A stretch of DNA of 64,000 nt from an uncultured Chloroflexia bacterium (GCA_963804575.1 CAWDQY010000007.1:144411-208410); one strand, 5' to 3'; counted from the stretch's first letter, positions 28,927 to 41,272 are shown. Notes: generated by a model not told the origin, from the sequence alone. A program made the numbers and translations.

Positions 28927-29973
28927 CTAAGAGTCCTCCCCGAAGGGCTCATCGCCCTCGTCGTCCGCGGCGTCGATGAAGTCATCGGCATCCTCGTCGA
29001 GCTCGTCACCGTCGGCGTCGAAGCCCTCCAGGGCCTCGTCCTCGGGCGGCAGGAAGCCACGCATGCGCAGGCGCTCCTTCATCTCGTCGAGGGACTTCTT
29101 GCCGAAGTTGCGCATGCGCAGCAGATCCTCGTCCTGCAGCTGCAGCAACTGGCCGACCTTCACGATGTTGTTGCGCTTCAGCGAGTTGTACGCCCGCATC
29201 GGCAGGTCGAGGTCCTCGATGGGCATGTCCAGCACGTTCGGCGGCAGCGACTCCGCGCCGGTCACCGCCTCCACCTCGCTGGTGAGCTGGCGGCCGGCGG
29301 TGGTGAACTGGCTGAACTGCTCGACCAGCAGCTCCGCGGCGCGCGAGAGTGCCTCTTCCGGCGAGATGGTGCCGTCGGTCTCGATGACCAGGGTGAGCTT
29401 GTCGTAGTTGGTGACCTGGCCCACGCGGGTGTTCTCGACGTGGTAGTCGACCTTGCGAACAGGCGTGAAGATGGCGTCGACCGGGATGACGCCGATGGGC
29501 AGGCCCTCCTTGGTGTCATCGGCGGACAGGTAGCCAGTCCCTCGCTCCACGGTCAGGTCCATCTCGATGGTCGCATCCGGTTCCAGCGTCAGGATGTGCT
29601 GGTCGGGGTTGATGATCTCGACGTCCGCGGACTCGACGATGTCGGCCGCCGTGACCGGACCGGCTCCGCTCTTGACGAGCTTCAGCTGGGTGGGATGAGG
29701 CACGTAGCTCTTGAGCCGCAGCCGCTTGAGGTTGAGGAGGATCTGGATGACATCCTCCTTGACCCCGGCGATGGTGCTGAACTCGTGACTGACGTCGCGG
29801 ATCTGCACCGACGTGACCGCGGCGCCCTCGAGCGACGAAAGCAGGACGCGACGGAGGGCATTGCCCAGCGTGACGCCGTAGCCGGCGCGCAGCGGGCTGG
29901 CCTCGTACTTGCCGTACGTCTCTGTCTCGAGCTCCTCGACGGACTCGATCTGGGCGTTCTCCAGTTCGATCAT
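28927..29973 (-). CDS. rpoA: DNA-directed RNA polymerase subunit alpha
   Basis: 348 aa with an acidic C-terminal tail. Confidence 0.95.
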   Translation of the reverse strand: MIELENAQIESVEELETETYGKYEASPLRAGYGVTLGNALRRVLLSSLEGAAVTSVQIRDVSHEFSTIAGVKEDVIQILLNLKRLRLKSYVPHPTQLKLVKSGAGPVTAADIVESADVEIINPDQHILTLEPDATIEMDLTVERGTGYLSADDTKEGLPIGVIPVDAIFTPVRKVDYHVENTRVGQVTNYDKLTLVIETDGTISPEEALSRAAELLVEQFSQFTTAGRQLTSEVEAVTGAESLPPNVLDMPIEDLDLPMRAYNSLKRNNIVKVGQLLQLQDEDLLRMRNFGKKSLDEMKERLRMRGFLPPEDEALEGFDADGDELDEDADDFIDAADDEGDEPFGEDS

Positions 29974-29982
29974 GGGCTGGCG

Positions 29983-30609
<627 letters not shown>

Positions 30610-30621
30610 GACGTGCCTCCC

Positions 30622-31017
30622 TTACACCCGGCGCCGCTTGGGGGCGCGGCAGCCGTTGTGCGGGAGAGGGGTGACGTCGGTGATGGCGCTGACCTCGAGG
30701 CCGGCGGCCTGCAGCGACCGGATGGCCTGCTCGCGGCCGGATCCGGGGCCCTTCACGAAGACCTCGATCTGGCGCATGCCATGCTCCATGGCGCGCTTGG
30801 CGGCGCTATCGGCGGCGAGGGCGGCGGCGTACGGGGTGGACTTGCGGGAGCCCTTGAATCCGGCCGTGCCGGCGCTACCCCAAGCCACGACTGCACCACT
30901 CAGGTCCGTGATCGTCACGATCGTGTTGTTGAAGGTCGCCTGGATATGAACGTGCCCCATGGGAACGTTCTTCTTCTCCTTGCGCCTGGACTTCGTGGCG
31001 CGCTTGCGTTCCGCCAT
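30622..31017 (-). CDS. rpsK: 30S ribosomal protein S11
   Basis: '[20 protein letters not shown]...'. Confidence 0.95.
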   Translation of the reverse strand: MAERKRATKSRRKEKKNVPMGHVHIQATFNNTIVTITDLSGAVVAWGSAGTAGFKGSRKSTPYAAALAADSAAKRAMEHGMRQIEVFVKGPGSGREQAIRSLQAAGLEVSAITDVTPLPHNGCRAPKRRRV

Positions 31018-31090
31018 CGATCGAGTGTCTCTCCTGCGTGGCGCCGTGCGGTCGACCGGCTACTGGGGCCGGGCCGCCGTGGCGGTCGGG

Positions 31091-31462
31091 TTACTTCTTG
31101 CGCCGGACGCCGACGGTCTTCTTGGGGCCGCGACGCTGACGTGCGTTGGTCTTGGTGCGCTGGCCGCGCACCGGCAGGTTGCGGCGGTGCCGCAGTCCGC
31201 GGTAGGAACCGATCTCGGTCAGCCGCTTGATGTTCATGGCCGTCTCGCGGCGCAGGTCGCCCTCGACGGTGTAGCGACGGTCGATGATGTCGCGCAGCCG
31301 GTTGACCTGTTCGTCGGTGAGGTCCCGCACGCGGGTATCCGGGTTGACATTGGCCTGGGCGAGGACCTTCTGGCTGGTGGGCAGCCCGATCCCATAGATG
31401 TAGGTCAGCGCGATCTCCACCCGCTTCTCACGGGGGATATCGATGCCGGCGATACGTGCCAC
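31091..31462 (-). CDS. rpsM: 30S ribosomal protein S13
   Basis: '[26 protein letters not shown]'. Confidence 0.95.
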   Translation of the reverse strand: MARIAGIDIPREKRVEIALTYIYGIGLPTSQKVLAQANVNPDTRVRDLTDEQVNRLRDIIDRRYTVEGDLRRETAMNIKRLTEIGSYRGLRHRRNLPVRGQRTKTNARQRRGPKKTVGVRRKK

Positions 31463-31470
31463 CGTTCCTC

Positions 31471-31584
31471 CTAGCCCTGCCGCTGCTTGTGCTTGGGTGT
31501 CGAGCAGATGACCATCACGCGGCCCTTGCGTCGAATCACCTTGCAGCGCTCGCAGCGCCTCTTAACCGATGCCGAGACCTTCAC
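31471..31584 (-). CDS. rpmJ: 50S ribosomal protein L36 (zinc-ribbon C+ form)
   Basis: GTG start. '[37 protein letters not shown]'. Confidence 0.9.
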   Translation of the reverse strand: MKVSASVKRRCERCKVIRRKGRVMVICSTPKHKQRQG

Positions 31585-31600
31585 GTCGTTCTCTACCGTC

Positions 31601-31819
31601 CTACTTGAGTCGATACGTGATGCGTCCCCGGGAGAGGTCGTAGGGCGACAACTCGACACGGACGCGATCGCCGGGGAGGATGCGGATGAAGTTCATCCGC
31701 AGCTTGCCGCTGATGTGCGCCAAGACCTGATGCTTGTCCTCGAGTTCGATCCGGAACATCGTGTTCGGCAACGGCTCGATGACCGTTCCTTCGACCTCGA
31801 TTGCATCTTTCTTAGCCAC
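31601..31819 (-). CDS. infA: Translation initiation factor IF-1
   Basis: GTG start. '[72 protein letters not shown]'. Confidence 0.9.
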   Translation of the reverse strand: MAKKDAIEVEGTVIEPLPNTMFRIELEDKHQVLAHISGKLRMNFIRILPGDRVRVELSPYDLSRGRITYRLK

Positions 31820-31989
31820 AGGCGACCGCTGAACCCCGACTGCTGGTTGAATGAGTGAGTCTGACGCCGGATCCGACACGGTCGGCAGGGCGCCAGCAAG
31901 CGCCGGGATCGCCCCGGCGCGCGAAGAGGGATTGTATCAGAAGTCCCGGATAAGGGGCAACCGGCACTCGCGCTGCGCTCACGCGCCCA

Positions 31990-32804
31990 CCTCGATCGAC
32001 GCGGTCAGCGCCCTCGATGACCTCGCCGGCTGCGAGGGTCAGGACCCGCGGCCCGTCTGCGGTGATGGCGATGGTGTGCTCCCAGTGGGCGGCGAGGCTG
32101 CCGTCGGCGGTGGCCACGGTCCAGCCGTCCGCCTTGACCCGCGTGTCGAAGCGACCCAGCGTGAACATCGGCTCGATGGCGATACACAGGCCGACCTCGA
32201 TGCGGCGACCCTTGCGCCCGGTGCGGTAGTTGGTGACCTGCGGCTCTTCGTGCATCTCGTTGCCGATGCCGTGCCCGACGTAGCCGCGCACGATGCCGTA
32301 ACCCGCAGCCAGCCCGACGTCCTCGATGGCACCGGCGACATCCTCCAGGCTGGCGCCGGGTACCGAAGCGCGGATACCCGCGAGGAGGCCCGCTCGCGTG
32401 ACCTCGGAGAGCGCGCGCGCCTCCGCGGACACATCGCCCATCAGGAAGGTACGCGCGGAATCGCCGTTCCAGCCGTCCACCTCGGCACCGCAATCGACCG
32501 AGACGAGCTGGCCGTCGCGGATGACGCGGTCGTCGGGGATGCCATGGACGACCTCGTCATCGATGGAGATGCAGGTGGCGTGCTCGAAGGGCGCGAGGTG
32601 GCCGGGAACGCCGATGAAGTTGGGCGTCCCGCCGCCGTCCCGGATGACGGCGTCGGCGATGGCGTTCAGCTGCAACGGTGTCATGCCCGGCCTGATGGCC
32701 TCGGCCACCGCGTCCAGCGCGGCGGCGGTGAGGCGCCCGGCCACGGCCATCTTCTCGACCTGGGATCGCGACTTGAGCGTGATGCGCCGGCGGTCGAAGA
32801 GCAC
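31990..32804 (-). CDS. map: Methionine aminopeptidase type I; 3' end uncertain
   Basis: 'VHGIPDDRVIRDGQLVSVDCGAEVDGWNGDSARTF...HTIAITADGPRVLT'. The ORF overruns to 31812 with no stop, but GC3 collapses after about 32000. Alternative-frame stops lie at about 31985 and 32008, which suggests an indel removed the real stop. Confidence 0.8.
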
Positions 32805-33515
32805 CTACGCGGCGCTCCTGCTGGCGATGAGGCGGAGCAGCTCGGCGGTGACCTCCTCGGGCGGCTGGTCGCCGCGCACCGAGAAGAGCACATCGTGACC
32901 GGCGTAGTAGTCGATCACCTCGAACATCGGCGGAAGCTGCTTGTCGAGCCGATCCTGCACCGTCTCGGCGCTGTCGTCCACGCGCTGGTAGAGCTCCGCT
33001 CCGTCGATGTCGCAGATGCCCTCGGTGTGGGCCGGCATGGCGTGGACGTGGTAGACGTGCTGGTCGTCCAGGGTGCAGATGCGACGCCCGCTGAGGCGCT
33101 CCAGGAGCAGCTCCCCGGGGACCTCGATGTAGGGCACCGCGCACACGGCCGTGCCGGCACGCTGCAGCATCTTGTCGAGCGCCTCGGCCTGTGCCAGCGT
33201 GCGCGGAAAGCCGTCGAGGATGACACCGCGAGCGGCGTCCTCCTGGCGCAGGCGATCCTCCACCATCGAGACGACGATGTCGTCGGGCACGAGCCCGCCG
33301 GATTCGACGTAGCGACGCAGCTTCCTGGCCAGCGGCGAGTCACTCTTGAGCATGGCCCGGAAGAGCTCGCCGGTGGAGACGTGGGGCAGGTCCAGCTCCT
33401 CGGCCAGGCGCTCGGCCTGGGTGCCTTTGCCGGCACCGGGGGCGCCCATCATCACGATGATGCGACGATCTCCCCCTGTGCGAGCGGCGGGATCTGCGGC
33501 AGCTTGCGATGTCAC
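32805..33515 (-). CDS. adk: Adenylate kinase
   Basis: P-loop 'GAPGAGKGTQA' and a LID with Cys/His ('RRICTLDDQHVYHV...'). The exact start is uncertain. Confidence 0.9.
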   Translation of the reverse strand: MTSQAAADPAARTGGDRRIIVMMGAPGAGKGTQAERLAEELDLPHVSTGELFRAMLKSDSPLARKLRRYVESGGLVPDDIVVSMVEDRLRQEDAARGVILDGFPRTLAQAEALDKMLQRAGTAVCAVPYIEVPGELLLERLSGRRICTLDDQHVYHVHAMPAHTEGICDIDGAELYQRVDDSAETVQDRLDKQLPPMFEVIDYYAGHDVLFSVRGDQPPEEVTAELLRLIASRSAA

Positions 33516-34798
33516 CTGATGAAACCCTCGTAGTTGCGCATCATCAGCTGTGCCTCGAGCTGCTTCATCGTCTCCACCACCACCGACACGACGATCAGCA
33601 GAGCTGTGCCGCCAAGGCTGAAGGAACCGACGACGCTACCCGCGAAGAACGCGCCAACGATGATCGGACTGACCGCGACCGTGCCCAGGAAGATGGCACC
33701 AGCGAGGCTGATGCGGAACACCACCTTGGCGAGGTAGTCACGGGTCGGCGCACCCGGTCGGATGCCCGGGATGAAGCCGCCGTTCTTGCGAAGCTGGTCG
33801 GCCGTCTCATCGGGCTTGAACGTGAACGCCGTGTAGAAGTACGTGAAACCGACCACCAGCAGGAAGAAGACGATGGCATAGAGCGGGCTTCCCTGGCTGA
33901 GCCAGTCGATGATGACGTTGGCGGCGTCCTCGATGACGCCACCGGAGGCACTGAAGTACGTCGCCATCTGCACGGGGAACAGCAGGATGCTGACCGCGAA
34001 GATGATGGGGATGACGCCGGCCTGGTTGACACGCAGCGGCAGGAAGGTGGCCCCACCCTGGTACATGCGCCGGCCACGAACGCGGCTGGCGTACTGGATG
34101 GGGATGCGGCGCTGGCCCTCCTGGACATAGACGATGACCATCACGGCGGCGATGGCGAGCGCGCCGAAGGCAAGGCCTGCGGCCAGGTCGGGTGAGGTCA
34201 GGAAGGTGTTCACCGCGCCCGGCAGGCCGGCCACGATGCCGGCGAAGATGATGAAGCTGATGCCGTTGCCGATGCCGCGCTCGGTGATGAGCTCGCCGAT
34301 CCACATCACCAGGATGGTGCCGGCGGTGAGCGTGATGATCTGGGTGAGCGTGGTGAAGCTGGTCAGGTCGAAGTCCTGCACCACGCCGTTCTGCGGGGAG
34401 GACAGCAGCGCCAGGTAGCCGTACGACTGCAGGATCGCCAGCGGTACCGTCAGGTAGCGGGTGTAGGAGTTGATCTTGTTGCGGCCGTACTCGCCTTCGC
34501 GCGAGAGCTGCTGCAGGCGCGGCACGACGCCCGTCATCAGCTGCATGATGATCGACGCGTTGATGTACGGGTTCACGCCCAGGGCGATGATGGAGAAGTT
34601 CTGCAGGCCGCCCCCGGAGAAGAGGTTCAGCAGCTGCAGGAAGTCGTTCTGGCCAATGACCCCTTCGAGTGCCTCGCGGTCGATGCCGGGCACCGGGACG
34701 TGCGCCAGCATCCGCACGATGACCAGCATCCCCAGGATGAAGAGGATGCGCTTGCGGATGTCCGGCGCACGGAACGCATTGACGAGAGCCTCGAACAC
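33512..34798 (-). CDS. secY: Preprotein translocase subunit SecY
   Basis: 428 aa polytopic membrane protein in the conserved spc-operon position. Confidence 0.95.
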   Translation of the reverse strand: MFEALVNAFRAPDIRKRILFILGMLVIVRMLAHVPVPGIDREALEGVIGQNDFLQLLNLFSGGGLQNFSIIALGVNPYINASIIMQLMTGVVPRLQQLSREGEYGRNKINSYTRYLTVPLAILQSYGYLALLSSPQNGVVQDFDLTSFTTLTQIITLTAGTILVMWIGELITERGIGNGISFIIFAGIVAGLPGAVNTFLTSPDLAAGLAFGALAIAAVMVIVYVQEGQRRIPIQYASRVRGRRMYQGGATFLPLRVNQAGVIPIIFAVSILLFPVQMATYFSASGGVIEDAANVIIDWLSQGSPLYAIVFFLLVVGFTYFYTAFTFKPDETADQLRKNGGFIPGIRPGAPTRDYLAKVVFRISLAGAIFLGTVAVSPIIVGAFFAGSVVGSFSLGGTALLIVVSVVVETMKQLEAQLMMRNYEGFIR

Positions 34799-34801
34799 GG
34801 C

Positions 34802-35389
34802 TTACTCGGTCGCCGTCTGGTCGTCAGCAGTGTCGGTCACGTCCGCTTCCGCAGCTGCAGCCGCGGGCTCGACGGCCTGAGCCTCTTCGGAGGCGTCGGA
34901 TGCGGGCTGGGGAGCAAGCAGCTGCACGAAGCCGCCGGCCGCCTCGATCTTGGTCCGGGCCGTCGCCGTGAAGGCATCGGCGGCGACGAAGACCTTCACC
35001 TCGAGGTCTCCCGAGCCGAGCACCTTGACGGGACGATCGGCGTGGCTGATGAGCCCGGCGGCCGCGAGCACCTCGCCGTTGACCGTCAGCGGCTCGGAGC
35101 CAGCCTCGGCGCCGAACCGGCCAGCCGCCGCGTACTCCGAGATGCGACCGACGTTCACCACCTGGTACTCGATGCGTCCGCGACGCTTGAAGCCGCGGAG
35201 CTTGGGGACGCGAACATGGACCGGCGTCTGGCCGCCCTCGAACCAGCCCGGGATGCTGGCACCGGAACGGGACTTCTGCCCCTTGGTGCCCCGACCGGCG
35301 GTCTTGCCCTTGCCGGCCGCGATACCGCGGCCGACGCGGATGCGCCGCTTGGTCGAGCCGGGCGCCGGCTTCAGATCATGGAGCTTCAC
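34802..35389 (-). CDS. rplO: 50S ribosomal protein L15 (with an acidic C-terminal extension)
   Basis: '[38 protein letters not shown]'. Confidence 0.95.
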   Translation of the reverse strand: MKLHDLKPAPGSTKRRIRVGRGIAAGKGKTAGRGTKGQKSRSGASIPGWFEGGQTPVHVRVPKLRGFKRRGRIEYQVVNVGRISEYAAAGRFGAEAGSEPLTVNGEVLAAAGLISHADRPVKVLGSGDLEVKVFVAADAFTATARTKIEAAGGFVQLLAPQPASDASEEAQAVEPAAAAAEADVTDTADDQTATE

Positions 35390-35625
35390 GCCTCAGCCTC
35401 TTCCTTCTGCTTGGGTGCGGCCTTGGACCTGGCCGGCGCCGCCGCGATCTCCTCGCAGTCGACGAGGTATCGCACGGCGCGGATCTGGCCCCGCACCGCG
35501 GGATCGTCGGGCAGCTCGGCCGTCTGTCCGATGCGCCGCAGGCCCAGGGCGCGCACGGTGCCGCGAGCGCTGGGGTTGGTGCCTACCATCGACTTCTTCA
35601 GCGTGACGCGGAGCCTAGCGGCCAT
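35386..35625 (-). CDS. rpmD: 50S ribosomal protein L30
   Basis: '[34 protein letters not shown]'. Confidence 0.85.
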   Translation of the reverse strand: MAARLRVTLKKSMVGTNPSARGTVRALGLRRIGQTAELPDDPAVRGQIRAVRYLVDCEEIAAAPARSKAAPKQKEEAEA

Positions 35626-36175
35626 CGACGGCCTCCCTGCCCACGATGGCGCCGTCCGCGCCCGGCATGGGCTGGCCGGGGATGACGCTGCGCAGCTTCT
35701 TGCCACGCCACTCCGACAGCTCGGCGGCCGAGCGCATGTTGCGCAGGCCCTCGAGCGTGGCCCGGGTGACGTTGACCGGGTTGTTGGAGCCGAGCGACTT
35801 GGACAGGATGTCGTGGATGCCCGCCGCCTCGACGACGGCTCGGACGGAGGCGCCGGCGATGACGCCGGTACCCTGCGAGGCCGGCTTCAGGAGCACGGTG
35901 CTGGCACCGAACTGCTGACGCACCTCGTGGGGCACGGTCGTGCCGACGAGCGGCACCTTGATGAGGTTCTTCTTGGCATCCTCGACGCCCTTGCGGATGG
36001 ACTCCGGCACCTCGCCGGCCTTGCCAAGGCCGACACCGACGTGTCCTGCGCCGTCTCCCACGACGACCACCGCACTGAAGCTGAAGCGTCGTCCGCCCTT
36101 GACCACCTTGGCCACGCGGTTGATCTGGACGACGCGCTCCTCGAGCGTGAGCTTGTTGGGATCGATCCGAGCCAT
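35615..36175 (-). CDS. rpsE: 30S ribosomal protein S5
   Basis: '[23 protein letters not shown]'. Confidence 0.95.
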   Translation of the reverse strand: MARIDPNKLTLEERVVQINRVAKVVKGGRRFSFSAVVVVGDGAGHVGVGLGKAGEVPESIRKGVEDAKKNLIKVPLVGTTVPHEVRQQFGASTVLLKPASQGTGVIAGASVRAVVEAAGIHDILSKSLGSNNPVNVTRATLEGLRNMRSAAELSEWRGKKLRSVIPGQPMPGADGAIVGREAVDGR

Positions 36176-36186
36176 GGGCGCTCCTC

Positions 36187-36549
36187 CTAGAACTCCAGGC
36201 CGGATTCGCGCGCGCCTTCGGCGAGCGCACGGACCCGTCCGTGGAACTTGAACCCGGCGCGGTCGAACACGACACGCTCGACACCAGCGGCCTTGGCACG
36301 GTCCCCCACAAGGGAACCCACCTGCTTGGCGCGCTCGGTCTTGGTGCCACCGGCACCCTTCACGCTGGCCTCCATCGAGGAGGCTGCGGCGAGGGTGTGC
36401 CCGGTGGAGTCGTCGATGACCTGGGCGTAGATCTGGTTGATACTCCGGAAGACCGCCAGGCGCGGTCGCTCAGTGGACCCCGCCACACGAAGGCGGAGCC
36501 GCGAGTGACGCTTCTGACGTGCGGCGGAGCGGCTTCGTGCCGTTGGCAT
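36187..36549 (-). CDS. rplR: 50S ribosomal protein L18
   Basis: Arg-rich N-terminus and the conserved position after rplF. Confidence 0.9.
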   Translation of the reverse strand: MPTARSRSAARQKRHSRLRLRVAGSTERPRLAVFRSINQIYAQVIDDSTGHTLAAASSMEASVKGAGGTKTERAKQVGSLVGDRAKAAGVERVVFDRAGFKFHGRVRALAEGARESGLEF

Positions 36550-36634
36550 CGCGGTCGTCGGTCTCCTCTATCGGCCGGGGCGCCGCTCGGGCGCCGCGAC
36601 CAGGGTTGCTCTTGATATGGCTCGGTCGGGGTGC

Positions 36635-37180
36635 CTAGCCGCCGATCTTGCCGGCCTTGCCGGCCTTGCGGCGCACGACTTCGCCCGCGTAGCGGACACC
36701 CTTGCCCTTGTAGGGCTCGGGCTTGCGCGTGCCGCGCACCTGGGCGGCGATGCGCCCGACCAGCTCCTTGTCGATGCCGGTCACGGCGACCTTGGTGGGG
36801 GTGTCCACGGCGAAGGCGATGCCCTCGGGTGGGTCGATCTCGATGGGGTGGCTGTAGCCCAGGTTGAGCTGCAGCTTCTGGCCCACCAGCTGCGCGCGGT
36901 AGCCCACGCCCTGGATCTCGAGGTTGCGGGTGTAACCCTCGGTCACGCCGACGACCATGTTGCTGATGAGCGTGCGGGTCAGGCCGTGGAGCTCGCGCGA
37001 GCGCTTGTCCTCGTTGGGGCGCACGACACGCAGCTGGCCATCCTCGGTGACGACCGACAGCACGGGCGTGAGGTCACGCTCGAGCGTGCCCCGGGGGCCC
37101 TTGACCTTGATACGGGTGCCGGTGATGTCGATATCGACACCTGCCGGGATGGTGATGGGTAGCTTGCCGACTCGTGACAT
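36635..37180 (-). CDS. rplF: 50S ribosomal protein L6
   Basis: '[19 protein letters not shown]'. Confidence 0.95.
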   Translation of the reverse strand: MSRVGKLPITIPAGVDIDITGTRIKVKGPRGTLERDLTPVLSVVTEDGQLRVVRPNEDKRSRELHGLTRTLISNMVVGVTEGYTRNLEIQGVGYRAQLVGQKLQLNLGYSHPIEIDPPEGIAFAVDTPTKVAVTGIDKELVGRIAAQVRGTRKPEPYKGKGVRYAGEVVRRKAGKAGKIGG

Positions 37181-37189
37181 GGACGCCGC

Positions 37190-37585
<396 letters not shown>

Positions 37586-37589
37586 GTGA

Positions 37590-37775
37590 CTACCAGCTCG
37601 ACTTGGTGACCCCCGGCAGCTCACCCAGCAGGGCGCGCTCCCGGAAGCAGATGCGGCAGAGGCCGAAGCGGCGCATGTAGGCGCGCGATCGACCGCAGAC
37701 GAAACAGCGGTGGTAGGAGCGCACCTCGAAGCGCTGCTTGCGCTTCGCCTTGGCGATCATCGACTTCTTGGCCAT
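37590..37775 (-). CDS. rpsN: 30S ribosomal protein S14 type Z (zinc-binding, 61 aa)
   Basis: '[20 protein letters not shown]'. Confidence 0.95.
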   Translation of the reverse strand: MAKKSMIAKAKRKQRFEVRSYHRCFVCGRSRAYMRRFGLCRICFRERALLGELPGVTKSSW

Positions 37776-37790
37776 TCGGCTGTCGCTCCT

Positions 37791-38333
37791 CTAATTCTCG
37801 AAAGGCATGCCGAGGAGCGCCAGCAGCCGCTGGCCTTCCTCGTCGGTCTTGGCGGTGGTGACGACCGTCAGCTCGAGGCCCCGCAGGCGATCGACCTTGT
37901 CGTACTCGATCTCGGGAAACGCCAGCTGCTCACGCAGGCCCAGCGAGTAGTTGCCGCGTCCATCGAACGAGCGGCTGGGTACACCCCGGAAGTCGCGGAT
38001 GCGAGGCAGGGCCACGCGCGTGAGCCGCTCCAGGAAGTCCCACATGCGCTGGCCACGCAGGGTGACCTTGGCGCCGATGGTGTTGCCCTCGCGGATCTTG
38101 AACTGGGCGATCGATCGCCGGGCCTTGGTGACGACCGGCTTCTGACCCGTGATGGCGGTCATGTCGGTCACCGCGGCATCGACGGCCTTGGCGTTGGTGA
38201 GTGCCTCGCCCAGCCCGATGTTGACGGTGATCTTGGTGAGGCGGGGAACCTGCATGGGGTTCTGGTAGCCGAACTCCTTCACCAGGGCCGGCACCACCTC
38301 TTCCTCGTAGCGCTGTCGCAGTCCACTGCTCAC
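37791..38333 (-). CDS. rplE: 50S ribosomal protein L5
   Basis: '[21 protein letters not shown]'. Confidence 0.95.
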   Translation of the reverse strand: MSSGLRQRYEEEVVPALVKEFGYQNPMQVPRLTKITVNIGLGEALTNAKAVDAAVTDMTAITGQKPVVTKARRSIAQFKIREGNTIGAKVTLRGQRMWDFLERLTRVALPRIRDFRGVPSRSFDGRGNYSLGLREQLAFPEIEYDKVDRLRGLELTVVTTAKTDEEGQRLLALLGMPFEN

Positions 38334-38795
38334 TTACCTGGCCTCCGCTCTGGTCACGGACTCGCTGCAGTGCGTGCAGGTGCGGATGCTGCGGCCGTCG
38401 CCGGTGCGCTCATGGCGGACGCGGGTCGGGCGCGAGCAATGCGGACAGACGAGCATGACGTTGCTGACGGCGATGGGCTGGGGGATGTCCAGGATGCCGC
38501 CCTGCTGGATGCGTGGCTGGCGCTCCGTCCGGCCTGCCACCTGCCGCGGCTTGGTGTGCCGCTTGGCGATGTTGAGGCCCTCGATGACGACGGCCGCGCC
38601 GGACAGCGGCGCCTTGTCCTGCCAGCCGGCCCCGAAGCGCGCCGATGAGCGCGCCCAGCCCTGCTGGTGGCGAAGCACCTTCTGGATGACACCACGCCGC
38701 CCGGCGTCCTTGCCCTTCAGGACCACCACCTCGTCACCCGAACGCAGGTCGGGCACACGGGTGTGGCGGCTGGGCTTGGCGATCGGTGCCATCAC
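38334..38795 (-). CDS. rplX: 50S ribosomal protein L24 (KOW domain) with an internal ~18-aa insertion and a C-terminal CxxC-x17-CxxC zinc-ribbon extension (153 aa)
   Basis: KOW '[21 protein letters not shown]' and '[15 protein letters not shown]...[10 protein letters not shown]', then '[28 protein letters not shown]'. The extension is bounded by the rplE start at 38333 and has coding GC3. Confidence 0.9.
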   Translation of the reverse strand: MMAPIAKPSRHTRVPDLRSGDEVVVLKGKDAGRRGVIQKVLRHQQGWARSSARFGAGWQDKAPLSGAAVVIEGLNIAKRHTKPRQVAGRTERQPRIQQGGILDIPQPIAVSNVMLVCPHCSRPTRVRHERTGDGRSIRTCTHCSESVTRAEAR

Positions 38796-39160
38796 AGCAC
38801 CTCCGGGGCGAGCGAGATGATCTTCATGTAGTTGCGATCACGCAGCTCGCGGGCCACGGGGCCGAAGATGCGCGTGCCGCGCGGGTTGCCCTGGTTGTTG
38901 ATGAGCACAGCCGCGTTCTCGTCGAAGCGGATGTAGCTGCCATCAGGACGTCCGTACTCCTTGGCCGTCCGCACGATCACGGCCTGGACGATGTCGCCCT
39001 TCTTCACCGCGGCGTTGGGGATGGCCTGCTTGACGCTGGCGACGATGACATCGCCGACACCGGCCGTGGGCTTCTGCGAGCGACCCAGGATGCGGATGCA
39101 CTCCACGGTGCGCGCGCCGGTGTTGTCGGCCACGCGCAGCCGGCTGCTGGGCTGGATCAT
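38792..39160 (-). CDS. rplN: 50S ribosomal protein L14
   Basis: '[17 protein letters not shown]'. Confidence 0.95.
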   Translation of the reverse strand: MIQPSSRLRVADNTGARTVECIRILGRSQKPTAGVGDVIVASVKQAIPNAAVKKGDIVQAVIVRTAKEYGRPDGSYIRFDENAAVLINNQGNPRGTRIFGPVARELRDRNYMKIISLAPEVL

Positions 39161-39597
39161 GCCGACACCCCCTCGTCCTGAAGCGGCGCCTCGGCAGCAG
39201 CCGCGGCCACCGGCGCGTCAGCCGTGGCCTCTTCGAGCGGTGTCTCAAGGCGACCCGGATGGGCCGCCATGTGGATGGCCTCGGCGGTCTCGGGTTCCTC
39301 GGAGACGACGCCCTCACCCGCGCCCAGGCCGGCCTTGGCCACGATCTCGGCCAGCCGCCAGCGCTTGGTCGCCGAGAGCGGCCGCGCCTCCTCGATGCGA
39401 ACGGTGTCGCCGACGTGGGCCTCGTTGTTCTCGTCGTGCGCCTTGAACTTGGTGGTCAGGCGGATGACGCGCTTGTAGATACGGTGGCGGGCAAGACGCT
39501 CGACGGAAACGACGATGGTCTTGTCCATCTTGTCGGAAACGACCCGGCCGACCTTGGCCTTGCGCTTTCCGCGCTCGGGTGCAGAGGCGGCGCTCAT
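39157..39597 (-). CDS. rpsQ: 30S ribosomal protein S17 (with a ~60-aa Ala/Glu-rich C-terminal extension)
   Basis: '[36 protein letters not shown]'. Confidence 0.9.
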   Translation of the reverse strand: MSAASAPERGKRKAKVGRVVSDKMDKTIVVSVERLARHRIYKRVIRLTTKFKAHDENNEAHVGDTVRIEEARPLSATKRWRLAEIVAKAGLGAGEGVVSEEPETAEAIHMAAHPGRLETPLEEATADAPVAAAAAEAPLQDEGVSA

Positions 39598-39836
39598 CTA
39601 CTCTCCTCCGGCAGTCGCCGCGAACCGCTGCCCGCTGACCCAGCCACGAGCTGGCGCTCGGTCTGCACGGTCAGCAGGCGCGCGATGTCCCTGCGCGTCT
39701 GCGAGATCTGGTTGTAATCGGTGAGCTGGCGCGTGGCCAGCTGGAAACGCAGGTCATAGAGATGACGTCGTGCCGACACCAGCTCCTCGTCGAGCTCCCG
39801 CTCGGAGAGGCTGCGGGCCTTAGCGATCTCCATCAT
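39594..39836 (-). CDS. rpmC: 50S ribosomal protein L29
   Basis: '[25 protein letters not shown]'. Confidence 0.9.
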   Translation of the reverse strand: MMEIAKARSLSERELDEELVSARRHLYDLRFQLATRQLTDYNQISQTRRDIARLLTVQTERQLVAGSAGSGSRRLPEESR

Positions 39837-40248
39837 GGACCCCCTCTCTGATCAGGACCTTGACGCTGGTGGGCAGCTTGTGGCTGGCCAGGCGCATGGC
39901 CTCGATGGCATCCTCATGCGGGACGCCGGCCATCTCGAACAGGATCCGGCCCGGCTTGACGACGGCGACCCAGTGGTCGGCTGCGCCCTTGCCCTTGCCC
40001 ATGCGGACCTCGGCGGGCTTCTTGGTGACGGGCTTGTCGGGGAAGATGCGGATCCAGATCTTGCCGCCACGGCGGACGTAGCGGGTCATGGCGCGACGAG
40101 CGGCCTCGATCTGGCGGCTGGTGATGTAGCCGGGCTCCTGGGTCATCAGCGCGTAGTCACCGAAGGCGATGGACGAACCGCCCTTGGCGATGCCGCTCAT
40201 GCGACCACGCTGCTGCTTGCGGTGCTTGACGCGACGGGGCATCAACAT
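39820..40248 (-). CDS. rplP: 50S ribosomal protein L16
   Basis: '[24 protein letters not shown]'. Confidence 0.95.
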   Translation of the reverse strand: MLMPRRVKHRKQQRGRMSGIAKGGSSIAFGDYALMTQEPGYITSRQIEAARRAMTRYVRRGGKIWIRIFPDKPVTKKPAEVRMGKGKGAADHWVAVVKPGRILFEMAGVPHEDAIEAMRLASHKLPTSVKVLIREGVHDGDR

Positions 40249-40251
40249 GGT

Positions 40252-40923
40252 CTAGGCCCCTCCCCCGGCAGCGACTGCCTCCTTGGGCGCGGTCTTCTCG
40301 GGGATGATGTCCCCGCGGTAGATCCAGACCTTGACACCGATGGCGCCGTAGGTCGTGCGCGAGAGGACCTGGCCGTAGCTGATGTCGGCGCGCAGCGTGC
40401 CCAGCGGGATGCGGCCTTCCTTGTCCCACTCGCGGCGGGCCATCTCGGAGCCGCCGAGGCGACCGGAGACCTGGATCTTCACGCCCTTGGCGCCGGCCTT
40501 CATGGTCCGCTGGATGGACTGCTTGATGGCCTTGCGGAAGGCGATACGCCGGGTCAGCTGCTGGGCGATGTTGGTCGCGACCAGCACGCCGTCGAGCTCT
40601 GGCTGGCGGATCTCGCGGATCTCCAGCTTGACCTTGCGGTCGGTCAGCTTGCCCACGGACTGGCGCAGCGATTCGACGTTGGCCCCGCCCTTGCCGATGA
40701 CGATGCCCGGCTTGGCGGTGTGGACGGTGACGGTCACGTGGTTGATGCCGCGCTCGATCTCGACCAGCGAGACGCTGGCGTTGGCCAGCCGCTTCTGCAC
40801 CAGCGAGCGGATGGAGATGTCCTCGCGCAGCAGGTCGGTGTACTCCTTGTCCGAGTACCACTTGGCGTTCCAGGTGCGCGAGACACCCAGCCGGAAGCCG
40901 TTGGGGTGGACCTTGTGTCCCAT
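40252..40923 (-). CDS. rpsC: 30S ribosomal protein S3
   Basis: 'MGHKVHPNGFRLGVSRTWNAKWY'. Confidence 0.95.
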   Translation of the reverse strand: MGHKVHPNGFRLGVSRTWNAKWYSDKEYTDLLREDISIRSLVQKRLANASVSLVEIERGINHVTVTVHTAKPGIVIGKGGANVESLRQSVGKLTDRKVKLEIREIRQPELDGVLVATNIAQQLTRRIAFRKAIKQSIQRTMKAGAKGVKIQVSGRLGGSEMARREWDKEGRIPLGTLRADISYGQVLSRTTYGAIGVKVWIYRGDIIPEKTAPKEAVAAGGGA

Positions 40924-40925
40924 GC

Positions 40926-41264
40926 CTAGGCCTCCCGGTTCTCGACCACGACCGTGACATGGGTCATGGGCTTGTTGATGGGGAATGCACGCCCCTGGGC
41001 GCGCGGTCGCCAGCGCTTGATGGTGGGTCCCTCGTTGGCAGTGGCCTCCGCGACGAACAGCTCGTCGGCGGGCAGGTCATGGTTGTTCTCGGCGTTGGCG
41101 GTGGCGCTCTTGAGCACCTTGGCGACGTCCCGAGCCGCACCCTGCGGCATGAACTGCAGCAGGGCGGCGGCCTCTTCCACGGGGCGCCCGACGATGGCCC
41201 GCGTGACCAGGCGGGTCTTGCGGGTGGAGCGGCGGATGTACTTGGCGGTGGCGGAAACTCGCAT
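40926..41264 (-). CDS. rplV: 50S ribosomal protein L22
   Basis: '[37 protein letters not shown]'. Confidence 0.95.
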   Translation of the reverse strand: MRVSATAKYIRRSTRKTRLVTRAIVGRPVEEAAALLQFMPQGAARDVAKVLKSATANAENNHDLPADELFVAEATANEGPTIKRWRPRAQGRAFPINKPMTHVTVVVENREA

Positions 41265-41272
41265 CGCGGCCC

